The notes: generated from the letters alone by a model not told the origin. 64,000 nucleotides of DNA from Ramazzottius varieornatus (GCA_001949185.1 BDGG01000002.1:186001-250000), one strand, 5' to 3'; counted from the first letter of the stretch, positions 26,351-39,560 are shown. Program-made: numbers and translations.

Positions 26351-27629
26351 CGTTGTATTTCTTCAAATTGAACTTCTGTATCAAATTGTACATGAATTCT
26401 GCCGAAGACAGATGATTAGCCAGAAGAACGAGCCATGTTTTGATGCTAAAAACGAGACCAAAAGAACGCATTGTATCATCGATGTCCTCCTACCGTTTTT
26501 GCGGCAGGAGGAGGAAGAGGGAGCAGAGAGAATCGATTTCGAACCGCACTTGGTTCTTCTCATAACTTATTACTGGACAATCCTAATTTTCTCATTCTTC
26601 CACATTAGCTGGATGTTTCTTCTGCAGTAGCTGGAGTAGCTGGATGTTTCTTCTGCAAATGTTCCTTTCGATTAAATTTCTCCAGACCGATACTGATTCC
26701 AGTACTGGAGCGAAGTACACATGAATCCAGTGTTTCATTCAACGGCGCTGTCTGTTCTCTTTCCCGCCTTCCCCAGTTAGCTAACCGAGGCCAAAGAGTT
26801 TCACGGCCTGTCCCCTGTAGAGTGGCATTGCAGAATTTCTCGCCTTGCGTGTACCCTTTACTATAACTGGGCAATCGGTCCATAGCTAGCGGAAGCTCTT
26901 CCACATGATGAAACGCCGATGTGTGTGTAATCACCCTCGCCGCATTGGCGACGGACTATGGACCGTTTATGCCGATCGAGGACGAGGACGCCACCATCGT
27001 CAGACATCAAAGTCCGTCGCGTCAACGTCCAACACAATGTCTAGATCTCCACCAGCAACGATGCAATCATATTGGGAGTTTCACCAGCTGATTACAGTAA
27101 GGCAGATCCAATTTATGCAAGAACTATACCGACCTGGCCTTCAAAACTTCAGCATTCCCCTGTACTGAGCCAGCTGACACATGTGGTTATTTTACTGGCC
27201 GTATGCATGTTTTGTTTTGGACAAGAAGAAGTCAACAACCCCGGGCCCAGGCCAGCAAGGCTCATAGCTTTGCTGCCCAATTCCAAACTTGAGTTTGCGG
27301 TCCGTGTGCATGCGATAAATGTTCGTCAAGAACTGCATTTCATCCCGGTGATGTCACTTCCTTTTCGTAACGTTCGTTCAAAGCCACCTTGCTTTGCGGG
27401 GCTATTTGTGCTTTGTGTTGGACGATCGGGTTGACCAACGCAGCTTCGTCCCAAGCCAGTAGCGCCAGCGCTAGGGAAGAATCCTATCAGCAGCCAGCCA
27501 GGCAAAGCTTCGTGTCGACTGCCTTGCCGCTATCGATGTTGCCGCCCCAAAAGCTGAAGGCTAACTGCAGCTCGTAGCCCGGAGGGAAAGAGCGGCAAGG
27601 CCATGGCCGAGGCTTTGGAAGTTCCAAGA

Positions 27630-28735
27630 GCAGCTGCTGGCCACAAGGCCAGTAAACCCTCTTGCAAGGCGCCGGAGGATGAAAGTTGCACCAGCGGCTA
27701 CACCATCAACTACATGAACAAGCAGTCCAGGGTACCCGTCAACCTAGTGAGCGGCTTGGTGGATGGTCGGTACTTGAAGCTAGAGCACGGAATCTGGCCG
27801 TATGCGCTGCTCTGCACTGCAGCTGTGCTGCAGCACAGCTGCAGTACGGAAATCGACGAAATTTGTGCGGCACAGCACAGCATGCAGCCGGAAGCCGAAG
27901 ATTGCCGTGCAGATTCACGGACAAACACTTAACAAAAATTGGTACTTTTGGGTATTCGAGTTTCAGGCATCTGAGTTTTGCCGTACCGTATGGCCACGTT
28001 TTCCCGGTGGACTACCCATTTTGCCGACAATACTATAACAAAAGTCAGTACATCAGCGTGCAGCGCAGTTGCAACAGGTCCATGTGCATCTGCAGCGCAG
28101 CTGCCTAGCCACTGGGCATGAAAGTTGTGCAGCACAGCGCAGCGTACAGCGACCTGGTAGCGTGTGCAGCACAGTTGCTGCGTAATTTTGGACCTGCGGC
28201 CCAGTGCTCTACTTGAAGCTGAGTTTTCGCTCTCACGAGGTGAGCGATACGCTCTGACTGCCATGGCATCCCTCCGGCACAATCTCCTCCGGGTTCCTAC
28301 TGTCTCTTCCAACATGGCTTGTCGGAAACCGGCCTGGTCACCGACAACTGTCCCACTGCCTTCAAATGGCCATGAATCCGATTGCATTAGATGACATTAC
28401 TCATACGGAGGGGAAGGTGTCACACGGCGGCCGTGCACCGTCCGGTGAATATTTTTCCTTTGCCACCGTCCAATACTATTGCTGTCGAGAAGATGGCAGT
28501 CCCGACGCCGAAGTTGTCCTACCGAATAAGACACCCTTTATTCTCTTCCCCACTTCTGTCGTTAAAGCTTGTCAAAAAGTAGCGGGCATGAATGCACGAA
28601 AGTCAGAGGTCTTTTACGACACCGCTGATGACGATGCCTGGAGGAACGGATACCCGACCGCACCAGAATTTCCACCGCCCGAATACTACATCGACCAACT
28701 GAAAGGATACTGGGGTACAGGCCTTCATCTCAAGG
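27630..28735 (+). pseudogene. Apextrin C-terminal (ApeC) domain pseudogene
   Basis: CWPQGQ*TLLQGAGG* (in-frame stops), then PPGSYCLFQHG..NCPTAF, a frameshift, and ALDD..PSGEY..YYCCREDG..VVLPNKTPFILF..CQKVAGM..FYDTADD, which follows the ApeC consensus order. Confidence 0.7.
27800..28190. repeat. GCAGC/TGCAG-rich degenerate repeat insertion inside the ApeC relic
   Basis: Dense gctgc/gcagc/tgcag words at 27805-27895 and 28055-28185 around an unrelated core. Confidence 0.5.
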
Positions 28736-29078
28736 TACGAGGTAAAACTAGCGGACTTGTCCATGTAAAATCGTATGGTGTACTTGTCCACCCCAGATCT
28801 GCTCATCCGTTGATCAGATTGTGTTATTTTTTGGTTTATACGACACGGAAAAACCCCTATCTATTTTTCAAACATGATAGGCAGGAAAGAAGAGCGGATT
28901 TGTTGAGAGACATCTGCTGAGAAGAGGGACGGTCAACGCAATGTTGAAAAGTCAGTTTTTGAAAAATCAGCTGATTTTAATTCATCAAGTCACGATAAAC
29001 GTCCTTGTGCAAACTTTTCGGGGTGGACAACTTCACCATGCGATTTTACATGAACAAGTCCGCTAGCTTTACCTCGTA
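28736..29078. mobile_element. MITE with ~59-bp terminal inverted repeats and TA ends
   Basis: Left end tacgaggtaaaactagcggacttgtccatgtaaaatcgtatggtgtacttgtccacccc matches the reverse complement of the right end (ggggtggacaac...cgctagctttacctcgta) with few mismatches. No transposase. Confidence 0.85.
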
Positions 29079-32000
29079 TCAACATTGGTCAAATAACATT
29101 GCCGAACCGTGTGATTTTTTCCCAAGCGGCACAGGTCTTGAGTGTTATTGGCTGGAGGCCTGTGCCACTTGGAAGACCGATCCTGTTCGCTGTCAACTGG
29201 CAGATGTGAGGGCTGCAGACGTTTAAATTTTGCGAGCTCCGCCCAAAAGGCTGGCATTCCAGCGAAGCTTTAGAATGAATCATGGACCACTTGAGTCATC
29301 GTAAAGAGCTATTCAGGCATTCTAAAGCCCTTAAATTGGGGCAAACTAAGGCAAGCCTGAGCTTATGGCGGAAGATCAAGGAGAAATTTCTTGGCATTGA
29401 AAGTGGCTTCTACCATTTGTCATCTGTTGTACGTAGAGGCATAGTGCCTTATTATACCCTATTGATCGTGCAGTACCGTCAAGTGGTACTATCAACAGGG
29501 TTATCAATTCCGTATTAATCAATACGCCAACATCTTCGAATGATCTTCGAATTGATTGATCAAATCCGAAATCACGACTCATGACTCATCAAAAACTTGG
29601 AAAAATTCGTCAAAAAAATTAAAAAAATCAGAAATACTCAGGGAATCATCCTGAGTTAAGGATTGTGCTGTCTGGAGCTCGAGCTTCCTCTGATGAGTTT
29701 GCGATTCAGAGTCCCTTGGGTATATTTACAGATTTGCCACTATTCTCCCATCAGCCGATGGAAAATACGACGCGGTATCGGTGACGATGTCGATACCTTC
29801 ACTGGAAACCGAAGCAGAGAACTTTCATATTACCGAAAATGAGTAGTGGGCAACGTAACTCAGGTGTCACGTGGTTTAAATGCGACTTGTTGAGCAATTG
29901 CGGACGAACTCTGGCGTGGATGTTTGACGTCATCGTGTCGTCAACAGCCACTTTTTCGCGCCTGAGCTCGCTCGCGATCTCTCAACAGACCCGATTTCGT
30001 GACGTCATTTCTGAGTTACTCTGCCCACAGCTCAAATATAGCTTGCGATCCGCAGTGCGCCTTCTACTGGACACCGTGCATCTTCGAGATACGGTCTTTT
30101 GGCCAATCAAGCCGATCAAGCCATCGTGCTTATCGTGCTTGTGACGTCAATGACGCTTGCCTTAGCTTAAGGGAGAACGCGGATACCGCTAAGGCCGCGA
30201 ATGCCGGGAATATTCCCACCCAAACGAGTCCAGAATTACAGTGTCGGGAAAATCCCACTTAAAATTTAGGCCCGGGAACATCTGCCAGGGAAGACCGGAA
30301 ACGCTAATTGGGGTGAGAATTACACTTAGAACTAGTAATAAGTATAAAAAGTTAACGCGGATCACGAGTCGATCTCTTGACCTCCACGTCTCAGAAATGT
30401 CTTTCTGGTGCTGCGGTAGCGTTTGTTAGCGTGACTAAAATTTCTGCTTTTTCGCACTGATTATTGTTGGGTCAGGTAGCGTTCACGCTATCTCGGTAGA
30501 TAAAGCCGTACGTCCACCTTGATTGCTGATTATAAGTAAGCATTCCAAGCTAGCGTGACACACGGAACGACTTTACACCACCCACAGCTCAGTTTTTCCG
30601 CAAATACTTCACATTGTTACCCACGCTGCCTCCACCCTTTGCAATTCATGTTGTGTATGAGTTTGTACTCTTTCCCTGATGATTTCGTGGCTCTGCATTG
30701 TTGCCGCCGATACAGTGTAAGGCTCGCAGAGCTTACTAATAAACCTTGCATGCGACTTGATACCCCACGTTATCCCATGTCAAACCACTTCAGGTGATCT
30801 AACATGGGTTTTTGGGCACGAGCTGTCGCTGCGGGGCTGGTTTTGTTCGTAAGTTTGTGTTTGAACCCCTCTGCTGAACTTTGCCCAGTGAAGGGCAAAG
30901 TACAACATTAGTGGAGATAAGCTTGTGAATGGAATGTGACTGAGGAGAAGCGAAAGTAGGTCACAAAAGAAGGAGATAAGGCTATAGCATTGCATTCTGA
31001 GTCACAGGGAGTAATTCAATGGTTGGGAACTTGGGATACGCGCTGCCATCATCCCAGTTCCCGTTTTCTTCCCTTTTAGCCTCCCTCGCCGGCAACAGTA
31101 CCCGTTAGGACGCCGCCCCGCGAATTCTTCTTTCTATCCCTAGAATGCTCACCTGGACAATTAACGGCGAGCAATACTATTGTCGGTTTGTCGCAAGCCA
31201 AAATCAGTATTTAAATGGGCAGAACTGGCGCTACCAAATTGAAGAAATTATTTTTGTGCTAGCAGTTGTAGAACGGGTAGGACTATTAGCCCGTTTGTCA
31301 CGCATCGAACCCATGTAACGTTGCACGTCCGTACGCTGCACTTAGCCACAATTGAAATTAGCCTGTTCCAAAAATCGGCGGATTGTTTCTTGGCCGACCC
31401 AAGCTGACGGCTGTGATGACGTAAGGGGTCATACATCTGAGATCTTGCTGTTGTCATAACGAAAGATCGTTGTTTGCGCCTGCATGATACAGTCCAGTCG
31501 CTCGAAATCCGTACCAAATTTGTTGATCTTAGTTCAGAGCCCGCCATACATTCACCATGCAGCATGCCATGCTAAATGCCAAAATTACATAACACAAGCA
31601 CTACACCCTGTCTTAACTGGTGTAATCAAATAATCAAATGGCAGATGACCGGCTGTCTGAGCATGGCGAGCACCGAGGATAACTTTGAATGATTTTCGCA
31701 TTCTAGAAATGTGAAAATTTGCGAGTTGCAAGGAAGTCAGAAAAGATGAAGCACTGCAAGTGAAAAAAGCCAGCCCAGTCGACTTCTTGGTCCCTGTTCT
31801 AAACTTCTCCACTGACAGGTCCTACGCACGAAATCTGATTCCGGTGAGCTCGCAATCAGCGTCAAGTTAGCTTGTCATGTGATTTGAGCAGGTTTTTGAC
31901 CAAAAAAAGCCAGCAATTGGCACAAACGAAGCTTTTAGTCCAAGGCAAACCTGTTATATGGTGAAATCAGCTTTTCTTTCTGGCTAGCCAGCGATCCGGC

Positions 32001-32159
32001 TAGGCTGGTTTTTACTTTACTTCCACGTTCCTGCTCTCGCTACGTGTGTACCTCAAATCTATTCATGTTTGTTGTTCTTTGACACCGGAAATTAAATTTC
32101 TTCAATAGCGGACATCAGTTATCATTGTCTTGAGCAATTCGCCACTTTGGACTTGAAAC

Positions 32160-32492
32160 ATGAGACTGATCAGTGCAATGTTGGTGGTCGTTCTATTGCT
32201 GTGTGGAGTACTTCAACAAACGGTAGGGCGACTTTGATATTGCGGCAGTTCTGTAAACCTGTTCGAGGACGGAATGGGACTGCGTAGGGTGCTGTGTATG
32301 ATCTGATGCTTCGATTGTCCGTTTTGGTAGATGGCGCTGGACAAGAAAGGTGGCTCGTGCGAAGCATCGTGTCGGGAAGCTGCTGGATCCTCCTCCGTCC
32401 AGTGCAAGAGGTGCTGCAGAGATGTGCGAGGAAGTCCTCAGAAGTTCCGTGGTGGCATGTGCCAGGGTCATACCTGCCGCTGTCTTGCCTGA
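32160..32492 (+). CDS. Secreted 8-Cys CS-alpha-beta defensin-like peptide, 74 aa (exons 32160-32222, 32331-32492)
   Basis: MRLISAMLVVVLLLCGVLQQT joined by a phase-0 GT-AG intron to MALDKKGGSCEASCREAAGSSSVQCKRCCRDVRGSPQKFRGGMCQGHTCRCLA*. Signal peptide, CxxxC...GxC-x4-CxC motif, cationic. Confidence 0.8.
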
Positions 32493-34838
32493 ACCAAGCT
32501 TGGCCCACCTCCTTTCTTCATAATAGCCTACTGGGTGGCCCACTACCCGCGACCACATGCCCAAAGTTTTCGCCAGCACCTTCTTGACAGTATCTGGAGG
32601 TGTGTGCTGTACAGCTATAATGCAGTTCTAGTGGGTCTGACAATGGTTAAACGATAAGGAAGTGGAGATTAACCTTGTGCATGTGCTTTTCCAGTCAGAT
32701 CAACTTGTCTTAAAAGCTGTGGTCGAGTGGTATCGTTACTTCAGCACCCAGACTAGGGAAACACAACTGCAAGGGCCGTCAAAGATACCCTTCTCTAGCA
32801 TGATCGAACAGGCTCTAACCTGAAAGCGACCTGAATTTTACCTGGATCGCTTCATATAATAAATTCTCCCGTCCAGTAGATTTTACGCTTATCTTAATCT
32901 CCTAAGTTGCTTGAGATTAGTTGGTCGCCAGTTTGGCATACTGACCAGTCATAACCTTTCCTGTTTTGCACAGTACGACCCAAAATCCATCGCAGAGCTG
33001 CGGGCATTAATCTTCAGCAGTGTCAACTAGGAAGCCCGGGGAAGTCAGCCAAGACTGCAATTCAACCATTTTTAGTTACCGGTCCACGGCATAATATCTG
33101 CACTGACGTCAGTGCGAACTTGGGACTGCCTTCGACCACCAGTCTGATTCTCACCTGTACGTGTGCCAGTATACTTTGAGCCATATTCTACTGTATCACA
33201 CCTTAAACTTGACATACTAATTATATAAGCAAGGTAACTCAGCTGCCACGTGGTGAAATTCCCACTCGTTGGAAGATTGCTTTTGCGGCCAAACTTGACT
33301 TTGCGAACTGACGTCGTTTGGGCGTTAGGTCGTTTTGGTCTCCCAAAGAGCAGTTCCAGCATGAAGGGAAAGAGCGACGATGACGTCATCGACGTGGAAG
33401 ACATGCGGCTCGTAACCTCCCGACAAGTCGGATTTTTACCACGTGACAGCTGAGTTACTTTGCCCACTGCTCATATTCGGCGTTGTACAATGGAACTGAA
33501 GCACTTTGACAAAGACCGATAGATGCAGTAACAATCTCTCCACCAGTCTCCCTCACTCTCACCTCGCGGTCTTTTCGACAGTTCAAACTCCGCTGGTCAA
33601 CGGAGGCCTAAGTCATTACACTTTGAAATCTTACGACTTTTATAGCAGAGAAGCGGCAAGTTGATCGCACAGTCTACTGATGTCGGTTCAACTACTGTTC
33701 CACCTGGCATTAAGCCTGCTAATTCTGTCAGCCTTTTCCCGCGTCCTGGCCTTCCCTTTGTACCGGAAAGCTTCTTTGAACATTGCTCCTCTTTATGCTG
33801 CCAATATCCTGCCTCTCTATATTCCACAGCAGACGGATATCGATAGCCATCGTCATCGCCGGTTCCAGCACCGCAGAAGTACGTTTAGGCTTCGGTCTTC
33901 TAAATGGATTTCAAATTGCAATCCTCATTGCTTTTCTAATCCTTGGACGGATGGGTCATCCAGAAAATCAAGTTTTCTTCATCATCGTCGTGATGCAGTC
34001 GGTCCAATCTTGAGCAAGCTCTTTTACTTTCCTGTGTGTCTAGCATCGAGGCTACGCCAGAGGGTGATATCCTTCAACATATGTGATCTTTTACAGGTAG
34101 ACGGCACGCCCTGCAGAACAGCTTCATAATGTTGCTGTTCGAAGAGGCCAAGAGTACGACCAAGGTGTCGGAACAGCAAATGGAAGCCAAACTGCGAGAC
34201 CTGGCTTCTCGATGGGTCAAACCGATTCGCGTGGGATAGCAGCCTTGCCTTGAGGAAACATCTCCATACCCGGGTGGGCGTTTGCCATCTGTCGCCCTTC
34301 GACAGCACGGCAGACCTACGCACACGTGCTATCTCAACCGCATTGCAATGACATGACTTCGTTCACCGTAACGGCAACACACCCCCACGTTCCCGCCATG
34401 TCCGTGTCGTCGTCATCGATATCTTCGCGGAGACGGACCACGCTTGTAGCTACTGTGTAGCACATAAGCTTGATCATCTGCTGATATCCTTCGATAGCTT
34501 TGCCACATAATACGTATAAAGAAAAAGAAACAAAGCAAGCGCCGGCATTACGAGACCTTTGCAGTTTGGACCTTCTGTGCAAACATATCACCTGGCATTG
34601 TTATCGAGTTGGTAAAAGTTAAATAAATTAATCGGTGCCAAGGTTTGTATAACCCAAACCATACCTAGGTGGTATTCAACGATTGTGTAAAAGGATGAAA
34701 GATAACAAGTGGCTCAACAAAACAAGCAGACGAAAAAAGCGTCATAAGAAAACACTCAACGCACTGACCATACGCAATGGATTACGGAATACAACATACA
34801 TCGGTATGACCAATGTGCCCAAAAAGGGGTCATTCTCA

Positions 34839-37287
34839 CTAGCTGACAGTAAAGCCCGGAAAGGCTGCCCGCTTGGCGTTGAGAAGATCAGTGAGGTAGT
34901 AAATCGTACCAGCCAGACCTATAACAGAGGCCGTTGTGGACCTTGTTCAACACTCATTTGTGCAAAGTGAACAACGAACCTTCGAACAACGACGCGGGTC
35001 GATCGGGAGTCCTGCAATTGTGCTGCCCGTAATCCATACAGAACTGCCCAAACTAAAAACAAGACCCAGCCTTGGCACCAGCAACATCCTTTGGCAGCTG
35101 AAAGAAACTCGACAGATGGTTTTAGGAATTGGCGCACATCCTCAGCCAAAACTCCCGAAAACGTGCGCCACTTTCGAGAACAATCAAGCTCGGCAGAATC
35201 ATTCTTCCAAGCGGCACACGCGTCAGTCTACACCAACGAAAGTGATTCCACTTGGGACGACAATTCTGACAATTTTAACGGTGTGTTTGCCAAGCTGCCA
35301 ATTAATAGAGAACGTATCTCACTTTGATGGCTCGGTACAGGTACTTTGTGTCCCTCGTTGTCCTGAACAGTTCCAGAAAGGCATAGCCGTTACCCGCTAC
35401 GCCATGACAAAGACCATAGCCCTTCCTCAACAAACCACGGTCCCATACGCAGTCCGCTGCATCGTGTGCGGCGTCCAGGTACTTTTGCTCGTCGAAAACC
35501 TACAGAGATAAGAGGCGAAACGCCTGCTCGTTCGTGCGGTGAGGAAACATATCAATGATGTACCTACCTCATAAGCTTTACAGAGCAGCAGTACAAAGCC
35601 GGTGGCGCCATGACACCATTGTACAAGCTTGTCCGAATTGTTGGAATATGAGGAAGGATAGTTGCCAGAGGGAAAGCGTAGTGACATCAAGCCGTCGATC
35701 GTCGGCTTGATTAATGTGTCCAGGTACTCTTCAATCAATTCTCGCCTGGTCTGCAGACCAAACACGTTGAAAAAATATCCGTAACTTCCGGTAGCAATAC
35801 TGTACATCTTCCGCTTTTGCCCACACTTTTCCAGTCCACAGTCGCACGCTAAACTTACGAAACTTTCCCTACCTGCAGGAGCATGTAGAGAATACCGCAC
35901 ATTCCGTGAGCAGCACCCAGATAGTGCTTATTATGCCATTTGTATGACAGCGGCAGATCGCTCTTCTCTTCCAGAGCTAATCCCTTGCCTGATGTGATTA
36001 TTGCTTCGATTACCTGAAACAAGTAACACTGCATGATGAGAATGTATCAACCCAGCTTCCCAACTCCTCGTCGGAATGAACAATGGTTATTCCGTGCTTG
36101 GGAGCTGGGCAAATAAAGTCGACAAGAATGTTTTCTCAAGTGGCGCACCCGTCCAGTGTTATCGGCTGAAAGCGTGCGCCAAATATTGGAAAACATCTTG
36201 TTTGTCAGCGATACATTTGGATTTGTCGTGAAACGTAGGTGGTGCCTAGAAACTTAGCGAGAGAGATTTCTTACCGATTCGATGGCAGCACTGGATACAG
36301 CTCCAGAATCGTAGTGTGTTTTGACGTACAAGAGTGAGAAGAGGTAGCCTGCTCTGCCGTACAGTACTTCGTCGCACATCTTGTCGTCAATGTCTGACAC
36401 TTCGCGGTGGAATTTTAGCAGGCTATAACAGAAACAATCTTGTTGGAGAACTGGAAAAAGAGAACCTTATGGAGAGATGCAGTCTCACTTTTTGACGCAG
36501 TCTTCGGCTTTCTCCTTCATATTCAACTGGTTGAGCAGGACAGCCGACACAGCTAGCACGCCGGCTTCTCCACAGACGAACGAGGGCTTTCTCAGCTTGA
36601 TGTTAGATAGAAAGGGTTCCACATGGGACAGAGCTGTCTTCAGGTATTTAAACTTCTGGAATGTGGGAACGTTTTTGTACAGGTGCATATACAGGAATGC
36701 AATGCCTGCAAGCAAAAACGCCAGTGAAAAGAATGCATGAGCTTCGCACATAGAATTCAAGGTGAGCCGAGCCGCGAAGCCATGAAAGAAACATCGGTTT
36801 CTAATCAAGCAGACCATATGGGATATCACGTATCAAATGGCACAATTCGTCACGACACTGCTGTCAGGACACTGCTGAACAGAGCATCGCGGCTGCCAGC
36901 TCATGACGTCCCGCGCAGCTCTTCACACAACAATTCTATATTCTACCGTCGCGCGATATATTGCCCCTAAAGTCTCCTCAACATTGATAGTTAATACTTT
37001 CATCAGTATCAAGGAAGACTTCAACCTTACCTGGATGTCCCGTATAGACAGTAGAATCACTTCTGCTCATTTCGTCTGCTTTCTTCTCCAGTTTGATGCA
37101 CAGGCGGGAGATTTCCGTCTCCAGATCCTTCTTGAAGTCTTCTTGAAGCTGCAATCAAACACGAAGTAATCACTGAGAATTTAGACCGGACATGTTAGCT
37201 CACCTCTCCATCGTCCGTGATGAACCTAGACGCGGCAGCAGGAGAATAGTCCTCCTCTTCGTTCCGGATACTCCGTGATTCTGACAT
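34839..37287 (-). CDS. LANCL: LanC-like protein (LANCL1/2 family), multi-exon
   Basis: Exons encode STVYTGHPG, SFVCGEAG, DEVLYGRAGYL, YLGAAHGMCGILY, SGNYPSS, LVQWCHGATG, GYGLCHGVAGN, RTPDRPASLFEGLAG and AAFPGFTVS*. Confidence 0.95.
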
Positions 37288-37743
37288 GGCGGAGCAGATG
37301 TGTGTCGCTTCCGCGCTACCGGTCTGGTTTGTATTGAGAGATCCCGCAACCGATGCACACACGCTTCCACACACCCTTAACGCAGTTAAACTATCGAAGG
37401 TAAGTACAACGGTTCCGAATTATGGCAATAAGGTATATCCACGAACGAAACTGGGAGAAAGAACATGGAATCACGGAATCCGAAGAATCGCAGAAATGAA
37501 TGATTAACATCACTGCCCAATTCCGGAGATTGCGATTAGCCAGTAACGTGCGCATCATGGAGCGCAACACTCGCTTACTCTTGCAGCACAATCAGTCAAT
37601 CAAGCCTTTATGCATCGCTAACCCACTGCATCGTTAACTCAGTATGCAGGTGCAAGAGATGGCACTTCACTTTTTTCTCGTTTTCTCCTCATCTGATTTT
37701 GTTTGCATTTTCTCTTTTTTTCTAGACACTGCCTTCCCAAAAG

Positions 37744-38265
37744 ATGGATGTTTGTGCCAAGACCAAAGCCATACCTGGTCCTAGTTCCCGTTACAAGCGG
37801 CAGAAGAATGAGGAAGCGAGCCAGGACGAGAAGACGTTCCAGACCATCTGCGAAGTGGCTAAAGAAAGCGGATTTCTGCTGTACCGTGTGATCGACGACG
37901 AAGATTCCGACATTGCTGCTCTGTTATGCGGACTTTGCCCAGAACATTTTAGCACCGACGAGGAGAGGGCCTTCCAACGCCACATCCTGCACCACTTTGA
38001 CGAAGGAGGCGTCTCGGGAAAGTTTGTCTGTCCCTACAGCTTCACCGGATGTACCTTCTGCGCCAGCGAAGCTCTGGAGCTGGACCGTCATATCCGATCC
38101 CATACCGACCCTCGTCCGGAAGCCCTCGCCGCTGACACTTCAGCACCTCCAGCCCACAAACTAGTGCTGCACTTCCCCAAACCCATGGATGGTATCTGGA
38201 TCAATCTGGAAGAAAAGACCGACAAGCACGACTCTTCGGAAGAGCCGACTAGTATGGAACTGTAG
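37744..38265 (+). CDS. Small C2H2 zinc-finger protein, divergent from LANCL
   Basis: CGLC..HILHH and CPYSFTGC..LDRHIRSH fingers in an uninterrupted 173-aa ORF, preceded by a pyrimidine-rich acceptor ending near 37725 (probable 5' UTR intron). Confidence 0.7.
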   Translation: MDVCAKTKAIPGPSSRYKRQKNEEASQDEKTFQTICEVAKESGFLLYRVIDDEDSDIAALLCGLCPEHFSTDEERAFQRHILHHFDEGGVSGKFVCPYSFTGCTFCASEALELDRHIRSHTDPRPEALAADTSAPPAHKLVLHFPKPMDGIWINLEEKTDKHDSSEEPTSMEL

Positions 38266-38799
38266 TCAAAATCCCAGCTACTGTTTACCATATCTATGAT
38301 GGCTTCACCTTTTGTCAATATTATTTTTCTGGGGTGGCAGGCTTTTCGGATGGACAGTAAGCTTTTGGGTCGTTTACGGTTATTTTCTGTTCGAAAATTC
38401 GGTGTCGGGATTAGCAGTACGTTTATCAGTCGTCGCAGAACATTTGGTATCGGGACGGTGGGAGCATTTCCTGGGCATGCGTAGACCAAATTCCGCCTCC
38501 TTTGGCCGGGGCCGACCGTGAGGATCCCTTTAGGTTTTGCGGACCACAACACCGAGAGCATCGATAGCAGGCGGGAAAGTCAGCCAGGATAATCTGATAG
38601 ATTCTGCCCGTAGGATCTGCTACAGGCGAGCGGAAGACGGTCAAACTCTCGTCCACCAGAGCCATTCTCTGTAAGATACACGTTCCATAGTTGGTCGCAG
38701 TACTAAATCCGCAACCAAGCGTATACTCCCGGCTTCCCTATCTGATGCTTGAACGTTGAGCTAAGTGGAAAGTCCGAAGACGGCCAGCGAGTCGTTGAC

Positions 38800-39560
38800 G
38801 TAACATCCACTTGATTTTCGCGAACCGTGAAACTTACGCCGGGTCCACACAACCAATGTTCAGGTTCACCATGAAATGCTCCAGCGGCAGTCTGTCCTTG
38901 TCGAACATTCTGTGTTTATCAGAAAAGCGGTTGACCGCCATATAAAGTCCGCGAAGATTTGGCACAGTATCGAGAGTTCCCTTCCCGAAAGTTTGGATGT
39001 CGTTCGAGATTTCGAATAGTTCAAGGTTTGATAACCCTTCGAAGCTGTCGATCTTGATGGAGAAAAAGAAATTTGCCGGCTAGGCTAAGCCGTTGAAGGT
39101 TGGCTCAGGCCTAAAGGTTTCTCTGCCTATAGATAGACGGAAGAAGGTTTCGTCGAAGGTCCAGTGAAGCCCCCAACGTATATGAGCTGCTGTGCAGGAC
39201 TGCAGGACCTGTCGACAGATGCAGTTCTTTTAAACAGGCTCACACTCTTAGCCGCCATCTGCCGCAAACAGAGCCTGAAGGATTGCACGCATTGATGGGT
39301 TGTTTTGTACCTGTAGGCGGTGCAATATCCATTTACGACACAGCTCACTGCTCATAATATCATAGAATTTTCTAACAGACGGAACCGTGTGGAAAGCTGT
39401 TGCCGACATTAGCGGCCTCTCTGTAAAGGTTGTGACGCAGATACGGGGGTTCTGCAACGACATGGTTTGAGGAAGCCCGATGGAGTTGGGTCGAGGTCGT
39501 TTCCGCTCAATACAATTCGATCAAGTGTCTGCCAGCTATGTCCATTCCGAGGGGGAGACG
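38800..39560 (-). pseudogene. Leucine-rich-repeat (Toll-ectodomain-like) pseudogene
   Basis: Minus-strand fragments TLDRIVLSGNDL, LDLRRNLLPSI, NLQRLSLAG, SFEGLSNLELFEISNDI and VPNLRGLYMAVNRF, separated by frameshifts and stops. Confidence 0.65.

Noticed and set aside
26800-27150. Faint trypsin-like traces (WTVYAD, IKVRRVNVQHN, SNDAIIL)
   Set aside because: No recognisable TAAHC or GDSGGP motif and multiple stops; too weak to call without a search.
34839-37287. LanC-like gene plus a nearby Cys-rich peptide read as a lanthipeptide biosynthetic cluster
   Set aside because: The gene is an intron-containing animal LANCL. No LanB/LanM dehydratase is present, and the peptide has a secretory signal and a disulfide-type Cys pattern. 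Adjacency alone is not evidence.
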